64,000 bases of DNA. Origin: Eledone cirrhosa. Lineage: Eukaryota. The notes below the pieces were generated by a model. The model saw only the letters and a program-made list of their open reading frames with translations, searched no databases and had not been told where the DNA came from. Made by a program: the position numbers and the translations under genes. The DNA lies in contig OZ024753.1 of assembly GCA_964016885.1 (NCBI GenBank), positions 62,001 to 126,000 on the forward strand, read 5' to 3'. Positions 49,364 to 59,942 of the stretch are shown piece after piece. Each line of letters opens with the position of its first letter. Within the stretch, counting starts at the first letter, position 1.

Positions 49364-52120
49364 CTGAATAAGACAATTACCACAATAATATCAGCTTACG
49401 CACCCCAATCGGGGCTGCCAGACGAACTTAAGGATAGGTTTTACGAGTCCCTAATACACACTACTGCTCTAACAGACGACAAGGACTTCCTAATCATTGC
49501 AGGAGATTTTAACGGACACGTAGGTAAACACTGCGACGGCTTCAATAGAGTACATGGAGGCCATGGAGTTGGCACAAGGAATGAGGAAGGATTCAGACTT
49601 CTAGAATTCTGCGACGCCAATGACATGTCGATATGTAACACAAACTTTAAAAAACCCGACAACCACCTGATCACCTATAGATCAGGGGAGCACTCTAGTC
49701 AGTTAGATTTTATCCTCATCAGAGGACGTGACAGATGGACGGTCGTAAACACAAAAGCCTTCCCTAGTGAGGAATGTACATCCCAACATAGCTTAGTTGT
49801 CAGCGACCTCACGGTCAGAACTAGACGAGCCCTGAAACAGAGGCCAACCTGGAGAAGAAAGATCTGGAAGCTGAAAGTCCCCTCAACCAGTAACAGATTT
49901 AAAGATATTTTACTCAACGCCTACGACAGTAAAGAAGAACAGATAGAGACATTTAACGTAGAAGAGAACTGGGAGTTCCTAAAAAATAACTTACTAGAGG
50001 CGACGGATGAGGTTTGTGGCTGGAGTAAGACCTCAAGCAGGAGGAGAGTGACTTGGTGGTGGAACAATAAGGTAGATGAAGCAGTCAAGGCCAAGAGACA
50101 GGCATGGAAAGAATGGAAGAACGGGGGGAGCAGGGTACATTACATAGAGACCAAGAGGGAAGCTAGGCGACAAGTATACTTAGCTAGGAGGGAAGCAGAG
50201 GATAGAAAATTCAAGCATGTTTTACAACGTGAGGACCAGAAACAGGAGGTATTCAAGATTGCGAGGCAGTGTGTCAGAGATAGTTGTGATGTCATTGGAG
50301 AGAAGTGTATCCGGAATGATAAAGGTGAGCTTGCCCTCACAAGTGCTGAGAAGAAAGATGCATGGAAGAGTCATTATGATAGATTACTAAATGAGGAGAA
50401 TGCATGGGAAGAAGAGACCCTACCCCACGTAGACCCTATAGAGGGACCAGCAGTACAAGTCAGCGGCAGCGTAGTAAGTAAGGCAATCAGAGATATGAAG
50501 ATAGGGAAGGCAACCGGTCCATCGGGTATAGCTGCCGAGATGCTGAAGGCATCTGGGTCTGTAGGTCACACTATAACCACACGTATCGTTAACCAGGTAA
50601 TACTAGAGGGGGCCATACCAAAAGATTGGTGCAGTAGCATCATTGTCAACTGCTACAAAGGTAAAGGCGATGCACTAGATAGAGGAAACTATAGAGGTAT
50701 AAAGTTGATGGACCAGGTCATGAAAGTAACAGAAAGAGTTATAGCACAGCTGATTAGGGACCGGGTGAATATAGACGAGATGCAATTTGGGTTTGTACCA
50801 GGGAAAGGCACCACTGATGCGCTCTTCCTTGTGAGGCAATTACAGGAAAAGTACCTAGCTAAAAGTAAGCCACTCTACTTGGCATTTGTCGACCTTGAGA
50901 AAGCCTTTGACAGAGTTCCACGTGCAGTAATCTGGTGGGCTCTTAGAAAACTAGGAGTAGATGAATGGCTTGTGAAAGCGGTACAAGCCATGTATAGGGG
51001 AGCAGTCAGCAAAGTTAGGATTGGCAATGAGTATAGCGAGGAATTTAGCGTACAGGTTGGGGTCCACCAGGGCTCTGTTCTTAGCCCTCTCCTGTTCATC
51101 ATAGTCCTGCAGGCAATAACGGAGGAGTTTAAGACCGGATGCCCATGGGAACTCCTGTATGCTGATGACCTCGCACTCATAGCTGAATCTATGGTAGAAC
51201 TAGAGAATAAATTCCAAACCTGGAAGCAGGGACTAGAGAGAAAGGGCCTCAAAGTCAACATGACAAAGACTAAGGTCCTTATAAGTAGACGAGAAAACAG
51301 AACCCAGATCCCCTCAGGGAAATGGCCTTGCTCAGTATGTAGGAAAGGTGTAGGTAGGAACTCCATTCTTTGCCCCAAATGCAAACAATGGGTACACAAG
51401 AGATGTAGCGGGATCTCAGGAAGCTTAATTAAGAATGTAGGATTCACATGCAGCAGCTGTGCTGAAACAGCAAGCAAACAGCCACAGGAAACAAGTACCA
51501 CCAATCTCTGGGAGGGCCCTGTAGAAACAGTAGACAGCTTCTGCTACCTAGGTGACCGAATTAGCAACGGAGGTGGGTGCTCAGAAAGTACAATAACTAG
51601 GGTAAGAACGGGATGGAAGAAGTTTAGGGAACTACTACCACTGCTAGCTGCAAAAGGCTTCTCCCTCAGAATGAAAGGCAGACTGTATGATGCGTGTATC
51701 CGAACAGCGATGTTGCATGGTAGTGAGACCTGGGCGCTGAAGGTGGAATACCTACGTAGATTAGAGAGAAACGAAGCCTGCATGCTCCGATGGATGTGTA
51801 ACAGTAATATACGTGAACGACAAAGCATAAATGAATTGAGAGAGAGACTGAGCATAAGAGGAATCAAATGCTGCGTGCAGGAGAGGCGGTTACGCTGGTA
51901 TGGACATGTGATGCGTATGAAGGATGACAGCTGCATAAAAAGGTGCAGAGCACTAGAAGTTGATGGAAACCGCGGAGTGGGGAGACCCAAGATGACTTGG
52001 GATGAGGTGATAAAAGCCGACCTTACCCAACTACACCTCTCAAAGTCAATGACACACGACCGTGACTTCTGGCGTCACGCAGTAATACAGGGTACCCGAC
52101 CTCCCATGGGTACATGCTGA
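49364..52120 (+). CDS. RTE ORF: partial APE endonuclease, RT with inserted PHD finger; open for ~918 codons (831 aa from first Met at 49625), N-terminus lost
   Basis: Frame is open upstream of the called Met (ISAYAPQ, AGDFNGHVG); QFGF, DLEKAFD, HQGSVLSP, YADD, FCYLG, GRPKMTW all intact. Confidence 0.93.
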   Translation: MNKTITTIISAYAPQSGLPDELKDRFYESLIHTTALTDDKDFLIIAGDFNGHVGKHCDGFNRVHGGHGVGTRNEEGFRLLEFCDANDMSICNTNFKKPDNHLITYRSGEHSSQLDFILIRGRDRWTVVNTKAFPSEECTSQHSLVVSDLTVRTRRALKQRPTWRRKIWKLKVPSTSNRFKDILLNAYDSKEEQIETFNVEENWEFLKNNLLEATDEVCGWSKTSSRRRVTWWWNNKVDEAVKAKRQAWKEWKNGGSRVHYIETKREARRQVYLARREAEDRKFKHVLQREDQKQEVFKIARQCVRDSCDVIGEKCIRNDKGELALTSAEKKDAWKSHYDRLLNEENAWEEETLPHVDPIEGPAVQVSGSVVSKAIRDMKIGKATGPSGIAAEMLKASGSVGHTITTRIVNQVILEGAIPKDWCSSIIVNCYKGKGDALDRGNYRGIKLMDQVMKVTERVIAQLIRDRVNIDEMQFGFVPGKGTTDALFLVRQLQEKYLAKSKPLYLAFVDLEKAFDRVPRAVIWWALRKLGVDEWLVKAVQAMYRGAVSKVRIGNEYSEEFSVQVGVHQGSVLSPLLFIIVLQAITEEFKTGCPWELLYADDLALIAESMVELENKFQTWKQGLERKGLKVNMTKTKVLISRRENRTQIPSGKWPCSVCRKGVGRNSILCPKCKQWVHKRCSGISGSLIKNVGFTCSSCAETASKQPQETSTTNLWEGPVETVDSFCYLGDRISNGGGCSESTITRVRTGWKKFRELLPLLAAKGFSLRMKGRLYDACIRTAMLHGSETWALKVEYLRRLERNEACMLRWMCNSNIRERQSINELRERLSIRGIKCCVQERRLRWYGHVMRMKDDSCIKRCRALEVDGNRGVGRPKMTWDEVIKADLTQLHLSKSMTHDRDFWRHAVIQGTRPPMGTC

Positions 52121-52419
52121 AGCATATAAACAATATGCCCCCCCCCCCCCCCCCCCACCGCAAGGTGGTCGTGGAGGTGCCACGGCAAAAAAGCACCCAG
52201 CCCACACTGTAAAGTGGACGTGTAGGCGCCACGAAAAAGCACCCAGCACTCACTGTAAATGAGGTTGGTGTTAGGAAGGGCATCCAGCTGTAGAAATCAA
52301 GCCAGATCAGTTCCTGTATGAGCAAGGCATGGTCAGCCGACCAGACACTGCCCACAACAGGACAACCCGTCTAACCCATGCTAGCGTGGAAGAACGGACG
52401 TAAAACGGTGATGATGATG
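49368..52419 (+). mobile_element. Young 5'-truncated RTE LINE insertion with ACTGA target-site duplication
   Basis: ACTGA at 49363-49367 and 52420-52424; single ACTGA at the empty paralogous site 58354-58358; (GAT)n tail. Confidence 0.95.
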
Positions 52420-52462
52420 ACTGATATATATGTGTGTATATATATATATGTGTATATATATA

Positions 52463-52509
<47 letters not shown>

Positions 52510-52514
52510 ATATC

Positions 52515-53060
52515 AACTTCATAATATGTCCGCTTTTCCATGCTTGCAAGGGTGGGGTGGGAGCTGATTCTGGATTGGTTTCTACAGCTGGGTGCCCTTC
52601 CTGACGCCAACCCCGTTTGCAGTGAGTGCTGGGTGCTTTTTTTTTTCCGTGGCACCTCCACGTCAGCTTTACAGTGTGGGCTGGGTGCTTTTTTGCCGCG
52701 GCGCCTCCACGACCACTTTGCGGTGGGGTGGTGGGGTGGTATGTGTATACCCAGCCCATTGTCATTTGCCACACAGAAAAGCTTATAGCATCGTTCTTTA
52801 CCCACGATGAATCTAGCAGACCCACCCCTCCACCTGGTCTCTTGAATACAACAAACATCGACCTCCTTACGTTCAAGCATTTCTACAACCTCGTTAGAGC
52901 CACCCTATAAGGTGCCTACATTAATGGTACCAACTCTGAAGTTTTGGATTGCGTTTGGAGGTTGGGAGCGGTGGGGAGCGGGGATGGGGTTAGGGTTAGC
53001 CATCCGCGGCCGAAACAAAGAGGAGGAGCCCTTGCATTCTCGTCCATGAGGTGGATTTGT
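52515..53060 (-). mobile_element. Bipartite (internally deleted) RTE: 5' end fused to 3'UTR/tail; truncated paralogue at 58450-58788
   Basis: APE N-terminus (QETRWRGGS...NDNGLG) joins at ~52745 to the aaagtggtcgtggagg repeats, aggaagggca domain and RTE tail. Confidence 0.85.
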
Positions 53061-53535
53061 CTTTATGTATGTATATGTATATATGTATGTATGTGTGTGT
53101 ATGTATGTATATGTATATATGAGTGTATATGTGTATATGTATGTGTATGTATGTGTATATATGTGTATATGTATGTGTTTGTATATATGTGTGTGTATGT
53201 ATATATGTGTGTGTATGTATATATATATATGTATGTATGTGTATATGTATGTATATGTATGTATGTGTATATGTATATATGTGTGTATGTATGTATATAT
53301 GTATGTATGTGTATATATGTATGTATGTATATGTATATATACGTGTGTATATGTATATATACTTATGTGTATATGCTTATGTATGTGTATGTATGTATAT
53401 TTATATTATGTATATATATATATCTATGTATGTATATGTATGTATATGTGTATGTATGTGTATGTATGTATGTGTATATATGTATGTATGTATATATATA
53501 TGTATGTGTATGTATATGTATATGTATATGTATAT

Positions 53536-53889
53536 GGAGGCACATGGCTTAGTGGTTCGAGCATTGGCCTGGCAATCGAAAGGTTGTGAGTTCAATTCTC
53601 AGACCGGGTGATGTGTTGTTTCCTTGAGCAAGACACTTTATTTCACATTGCTCCAGTTTACTCAGCTGTAGAAATGAGATGATAGGGACTGGGGTCCATA
53701 TCATTCCACTGCAAAGTGGTCGTGGAGGTGCCACGGCAAAAAAGCACTCAGCACTCACTGTAAATGAGGTTGGTGTTAGGAAGGGCATCCAGCTGTAGAA
53801 ATCAAGCCAGAATCAGTTCCCGTCCCACCCTTACAAGCAGGGAAAAAGCGGACTTAAAACGAAATGATGATGATGATGATGATGATGAT
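53536..53889 (+). mobile_element. tRNA-derived SINE with RTE tail
   Basis: Paralogue of 44553-44912. Confidence 0.92.
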
Positions 53890-54540
53890 GTATGTATGTA
53901 TGTGTATATGTATGTATGTATGTATGTATATGTATGTATGTGTATGAGATGCAGTTTGGTTTTGTGCCGCTGAAAAGTGCAACAGATGCCCTCTTCTTAG
54001 TGAGACAACTACAAAAGAGGTTCTTAGAGAAAAATAAGCCACTATACTTAGCTTTGGACATAGAGAAGGCTTTTGATAGAGAACTCTTATAAATGACAAC
54101 ATATATATATGTGTGTGTATATATATGTTTTTTTTTAAACTATATATTTATTACTCCCTTAAGCAGAAGAAATATATTCCCAGATATCGAAGATTACCAC
54201 AATAACTAGGGAGCGGAAATCAATAGATGCTGGACATTGCTGCTGAGGGTAGGATGACCTGATGAGCTGGCTCCTGTGGTGGATACCTAAACATAGTAAG
54301 AGCCAAGTGGGATGACTGAGGTTCACCTACATACATCAGATGTCTCTGGATCTCCAGCTGGAGATTAATGATCTCAGGAATGCCATGAAAAATCGTGACA
54401 TCTAAAAAAGAAGAGTAGAATTGTTCTGGCCAATCCACCTGACCTAATAAACAATAATAATATTAATATATATTGATGAAAATTAATTATGGTGAAATAT
54501 CTTAGAAATCATTCTCAGAGGTTTTGTATTGTAATCCACA

Positions 54541-56539
54541 CTTGCTCCTTGTGGCTTCTGATGCAGACATCATGTCCGCCATCAGGTCCTTCCCAGCTAG
54601 CAGCTGCGGAGATGTTGATGGTCTCTGACCAGGCCTCCTCAAGGAGTTGATATCTCCCCTCTCCGCTGAGGCCGGGCGCCGCCTTCTGAGTGCAATTGTG
54701 GCGCTCACCAATAGGCTCATCCATGGCGCCCTGGACTCTTATGCTCGAGGCCTCTTTTTTTCGGCCAGCCTCACCGCTCTCAGGAAGAAAGAGGATGGCA
54801 TATGCCCCATTGCTGTGGGCAATGTCTTCCGGAGGCTGGCTGCCAAGGTAATCTGCAAGTCCGTAACACTCGGAACCGGCATCCAGGGCCTCCAGCCACC
54901 TCATTGTCAAGTTTGACATGAGGAATGCCTTCAACTCTTTACGCTGGGATCATCTGCTCGAGGCCTGCCTCAGCCGAGCCCCCTCTGCCTACCTGTCATA
55001 TGGAGCCCCAAGCATGCGCCATGCTGCTGATACGGTCATACCCTTGGCTACTGGGATCCAACAGGGCAACCCTTTGGGACCCCTCCTGTTTACCCTTGGT
55101 ATTGACCACATCGCCTGGAGTATAACGGCCCCTCTCAACGTTTGGTATCTGGATGATGCTACTTTGGGTGGGCCCGTACAGGCGTTCTGCCATGACCTTC
55201 AATCGGTGGTTCCTGCCCTGGCGGGAATCGACCTCCAGGTCAACTCAGCCAAGTCGGAGGTGGTGAATGTCAGCCTCGATGCTGCAAGCTTTGCAGTCTC
55301 CGTCTTGGACGTGCGGTCCATTCTCCGCCAGGTTCAGGTGACCCCCCAAAGAGGATGCCCTCACCGATCCACCCGCCGGCCATCCGCTCCTCCATCAAGT
55401 CCAGACTCTCACGAGCCGACTGGGCTTGATTGATGGCCACCCAGTTCTCTTTCTGCTGAGGAACTGCTACGCCATGCCGAAGCTCCTCTATACACTCTGT
55501 GCTACACCTAAACTTGTATCCGAGCAGCAGCCGATGAGATATGCAACTTTACCTGTCAGGTATGGCGGCCTTCGCCTCCAGTCCCCGATCTCACTAGCTT
55601 TGCCGGCATATCTTTCGTCGGTAACCTCGTACCACGTCCTCTTCAGCAGGGTTCTTCAAAACACAACAGAACCTTCTGTGTTCAGAGAACGCGTGGCCGC
55701 CTGTGAGACGTGGGACCGGCTGGGACTTAGCCCAGTAGACGTTCCTCCTCCTTCTCCCCCTGTTGACGTCAAGTCCCCCCCAACACACTTGGGATGCCAT
55801 CCAGTGCAGCCTGGCCTCAGACAGGCTCACGTGCCAGCTCGACCAGCACCGCCTTGTTTGTTTTCGTGCAGCCTCCAAACCCCACAGTGGGGCCTGGCTC
55901 CATGCCCTGCCCTCCTTCTCCACTCGCACGCAGCTAGACAACAATAGCTTGCGCATCGGCGTTTCCCTGAGGCTCGGCCTCACACCAATGTCGCTGCCGT
56001 TCCACCATGGACTCTTTCGGCCTCCACCCGCTTTCCTGTCGCCACAGTGCCAGCCGCAATCCACGCCATGCTGCCCTCAACGAAATCATTAAGCATGGCT
56101 TGGACGCTGCAGGCTTCCCTTCCCAGCTCCAGGGGACGGCAAAAGGCCAGATGGCATGACCATCTTCCCGTTCCGCGGTGGCAAACCCCTCGTCTGGGAT
56201 GCCACTTGCACCGACACTTTCTGCAGCCGCAACCTGGTGCAGTCTGCGACTGGCCCAGGTTCTGCTGCACGTCAGGCTGAGAGGGCCAAACTCCTCACAT
56301 ATCGTTCACTCTCCGACAGGTTTTCGGTCGTACCCCTGGAAGTGGAGACTTCTGGTGTCCTCGACCCCAGGGCTACCTCCTTACTCACCACCATAGGCGC
56401 TGAGCTGGCCAGTCGCAGGTGTGAGCCCCGCGAGTTGGAGTGGCTTTTCCAGCGCGTCTCCCTTGCCGTGCTCCGGGGAAACGCCTTCTCCATTCTGTCC
56501 GCCGGGGCTGTGGGTGGGCCCCATCGCGTACCGTTATAG
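54541..56539 (+). mobile_element. CRE-clade retrotransposon relic, second copy
   Basis: Same motifs and the same frameshifts as 45560-47558. Confidence 0.9.
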
Positions 56540-58312
56540 TTGTTGAAGAAGAAACAGGGAGACAACAACTGGAATGTATACAAAACAACTAAATCTCTTA
56601 AATAACTTCACTTATATCCAAAATATGATTTGTATATACATCAACAGTGACTCATTATTATACGCCAGTCACGACCCCACTGCAAAAACGATATCTATAT
56701 AACAACCCCACCGTAAAACTACTCTTCCCCACTTTACAAACACTTTATATTATTTGTCATTAAGGTTTCTTAAAATAAATATATATACGTATGTGTAGTA
56801 ATTAGTACGGAGACTGAGAGAGAAGGGGCGAGTGTGTCTTCATGGAGGGCACATGGGACCAGCAAAGCCCTAAAAGTAGAGACCAGTAAATGAGATAAGG
56901 TCCTAGCTATGTTAAGAATATAAATAAGAAACATGTTCTATACATTTAAGAAGACAAGAGAAACATGTTCTAAACATTTAAGAAATAATTATTTACCTCT
57001 TTCATGTCGGTAATATAGCGGTGTTATAAAACTAATTATAACGACCGGTGTTAAAATAGAGAGAGATAGACAGATAAATGTGTGTCACACTCTCACCCTC
57101 TCTTTAAATCTTTTACACTATCTTTACATCTTTTACTCTATCTCCCTCTTATTTCTATCTGTGTACATATATATGTGTATGTATGTATCTGTCTATGTGT
57201 AACTCGGTGTACTGGAGCAATATGAGGTGAAGTGTCTTGCTGAAGAAGACATTTTGTGGAGTTATATCATCGTTTCTTGTTATAAAGCTACTTATACTAC
57301 CGGCGTAACTGTGGCTATAGGTGATAGATGTAGAAATAAAAGGCTGTAACAGCGATATAAATATAGATGAAATAGTTTACCACGAGACTAAGAATGAATG
57401 TTTAATGGAATTAAGTGTAATCTAATAGGAAATAAGAGGCTAGAGCAGCGAAATGTTTACGTAAAATAAAAGAACAACAAACAAAAGTGCAACATTGAAA
57501 TTTTTGTTTTATTTTCTCGATATAAGCGTTATTTTATGCGCGATTTGCCTTGCTGCCGGCGTTGCTCAGTCAGTAGCAGCCCCGCTTACGAAGTTCAGGA
57601 GCCAACGACTTTACATGGTTCGAATCTCACCCTCTCCGCTCTTGTCGAGTTATCTCCTACTCTTTTTACTTAGTTCCAGGTCATTTAAATAGAGCAAAGA
57701 GGTCGCGGCGATCGGCATATGCACTGGCTACAATGTTGAACTTTGGTACTGACTGCATAGTTGAACGTTCCACATACCAACCGCCCAACTGGCCAGTCAA
57801 CCGCAAATACGGCTGGCTGGCCGGTTGGGTAGTTGGCATATGTACTGACTGTCAAGTTGAACGTTCTAACCCTCTCTTTACATCTATTGCTCTATCTACC
57901 GCTTATTTCTCCCCCTCTCTTTACTTCTATAACTCTATCTCCCACTCTCTTTACATCTATTACACAGTGTCTCCCTGTATATATACACGTATATATGCAC
58001 TAGATTTTATAAGAAATCTACGTAATAATATAATTAACAATAGTTGATGAATTAGACCAGAGTTAATTAAACAATAAATATGAATGAAATAGCAGTAGAT
58101 GGCGAAACTTGAGTGTTGTGTGTGCATACATATATATGAGGTAAACTGGTTCAAATACTGTCAGGATTATATTGGATCAAAGACTGTATTAAATAGAAAG
58201 TAAAAAATGAAGTGAAAATATAAAAACAAACTGAAAATTTCCCCATCCCTAGAAAAATTCATATCTTGTTATATATAGATAATTGGCGCTTTAAATTGAA
58301 TAAATATTCATT

Positions 58313-58349
<37 letters not shown>

Positions 58350-58788
58350 GTACACTGATATATATGTGTGTGTATATATATATATATATGTATGTGTATA
58401 TGTGTACATATGTATGTGTATATATATACTAATATATATATATATATATCAACTTCATCATACGTCCGCTTTTCCATGCTTGCAAGGGTGGGGTGGGAGC
58501 TGATTCTGGATTGGTTTCTACAGCTGGGTGCCCTTCCTGACGCCAACCCCGTTTGCAGTGAGTGCTGGGTGCTTTTTTTTTTCCGTGGCACCTCCACGTC
58601 AGCTTTACAGTGTGGGCTGGGTGCTTTTTGGCCGCGGCGCCTCCACGACCACTTTGCGGTGGGGAGGTGGGGTGGTATGTGTATACCCAGCCCATTGTCA
58701 TTTCCCACCCAGAAAAGTTCATAGCACCGTTCTTTACCCACGATGAATCTAGCAGACCCACCCCTCCACCTGGTCTCTTGAATACAAC

Positions 58789-59906
58789 AGTGGTTTCACT
58801 AAAATAAAAATTAAATTAAATTAAATTAAATTAATTATATTAGATAAATAGACATTGGGGTTCTCACCAAAGATTTTCAGTTATTTCTAAGAGATGTAAA
58901 AGGAAAATTAAAAAAAGATTAATAGGACACATTAGACATGTCTCCAAGCAAGAATTGAACTTACAGACAAGGATCTCACCATCTCTGGTACTTCCCACTA
59001 AGCCACCAAGACTGCTACAAAGGTCTATTGAAAATTAATATTTATAAACCTACTTTCAAAATATAACTAATTTAATTAAAAATAAAATAAAATAAATAGA
59101 CATTGGCGTTCTCACAAAACTTTTTCAGTTCTTTTTTCTAAGAAATGTCAAAGGAATATATATATATATATATTTTATTTTTAATTTTATTTTGAAAGTA
59201 GGTTTATAAATATTAAATTTCAGTACATCTTTGTATCAGTCTCGGTAGCTTAGTGGGAAGTACCAGAGATGGTGAGATCCTGTTCTGGGTGTTCAATCCT
59301 GGTCTGAGGGTTGAATTGGGGACTCAGGTTCAATCCTGGTCCATGAGATACATGTAAGGTGTCATGTTAATCTTTTATAATTTTCTTTCTATATCTCTTT
59401 GAAAAAGAGAACCCCTATTTATTTAATTATATTGAATTTAATTTTTTATTTTAGTTAAATTGTCGAAAACACTGAAGATCTAAAGGTTGAGGAGACAATA
59501 TGTCTATTTTATCTGTCTCCTCTAACTTTAGATCACCAGTGGTTTTGACAATTTAACTAAAGTAAAATAAAATAAATTAAATTATATTAGATAAATAGAC
59601 ATTGGGGTTCTCACCAAAGATTTTCAGTTTTTTCTGATGAAAATTTAAAAAAAGATTAACAGGACACATTACAGCAATGATTGAACTCCCAGACCAGGAT
59701 TGAACCTACAGACAAGGACCTCACCATCTCTGGTACTTCCCACTAAGCCGCCAAGACTGCTACAAAGGTCTGCTGATAATTAATATTTATAAACCTAATT
59801 TCAAAATAAAATTAATGTTATTAATTTTATTTAAAAATAAAATAAAATAAATAAACATTGGGGTTCTCACAAAACTTTTTCATTTTTTTTCTAAGAAATG
59901 TCAAAG

Positions 59907-59920
<14 letters not shown>
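58789..59920. repeat. Foldback element (~59175-59840) with tRNA-like arms, plus an extra copy of its right arm (58789-59165)
   Basis: 59185-59280 is the reverse complement of 58971-59065 and of ~59716-59810; central hairpin at 59450-59561. Confidence 0.85.

Positions 59921-59938
<18 letters not shown>

Positions 59939-59942
<4 letters not shown>

Larger units (their letters stand above)
43740..58788 (+). repeat. Tandem segmental duplication: copy 1 ~43740-52990 (includes a 3.05-kb RTE insertion), copy 2 ~52990-58788
   Basis: Near-identical ORFs at offset ~8981 (e.g. 45937/54918, 47175/56156); 52425-52850 matches 58359-58788. Confidence 0.95.

Noticed and set aside
50875-51990. Antisense ORFs of 209 and 148 aa
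   Set aside because: Shadow frames of the RTE RT coding strand, seen opposite other copies too
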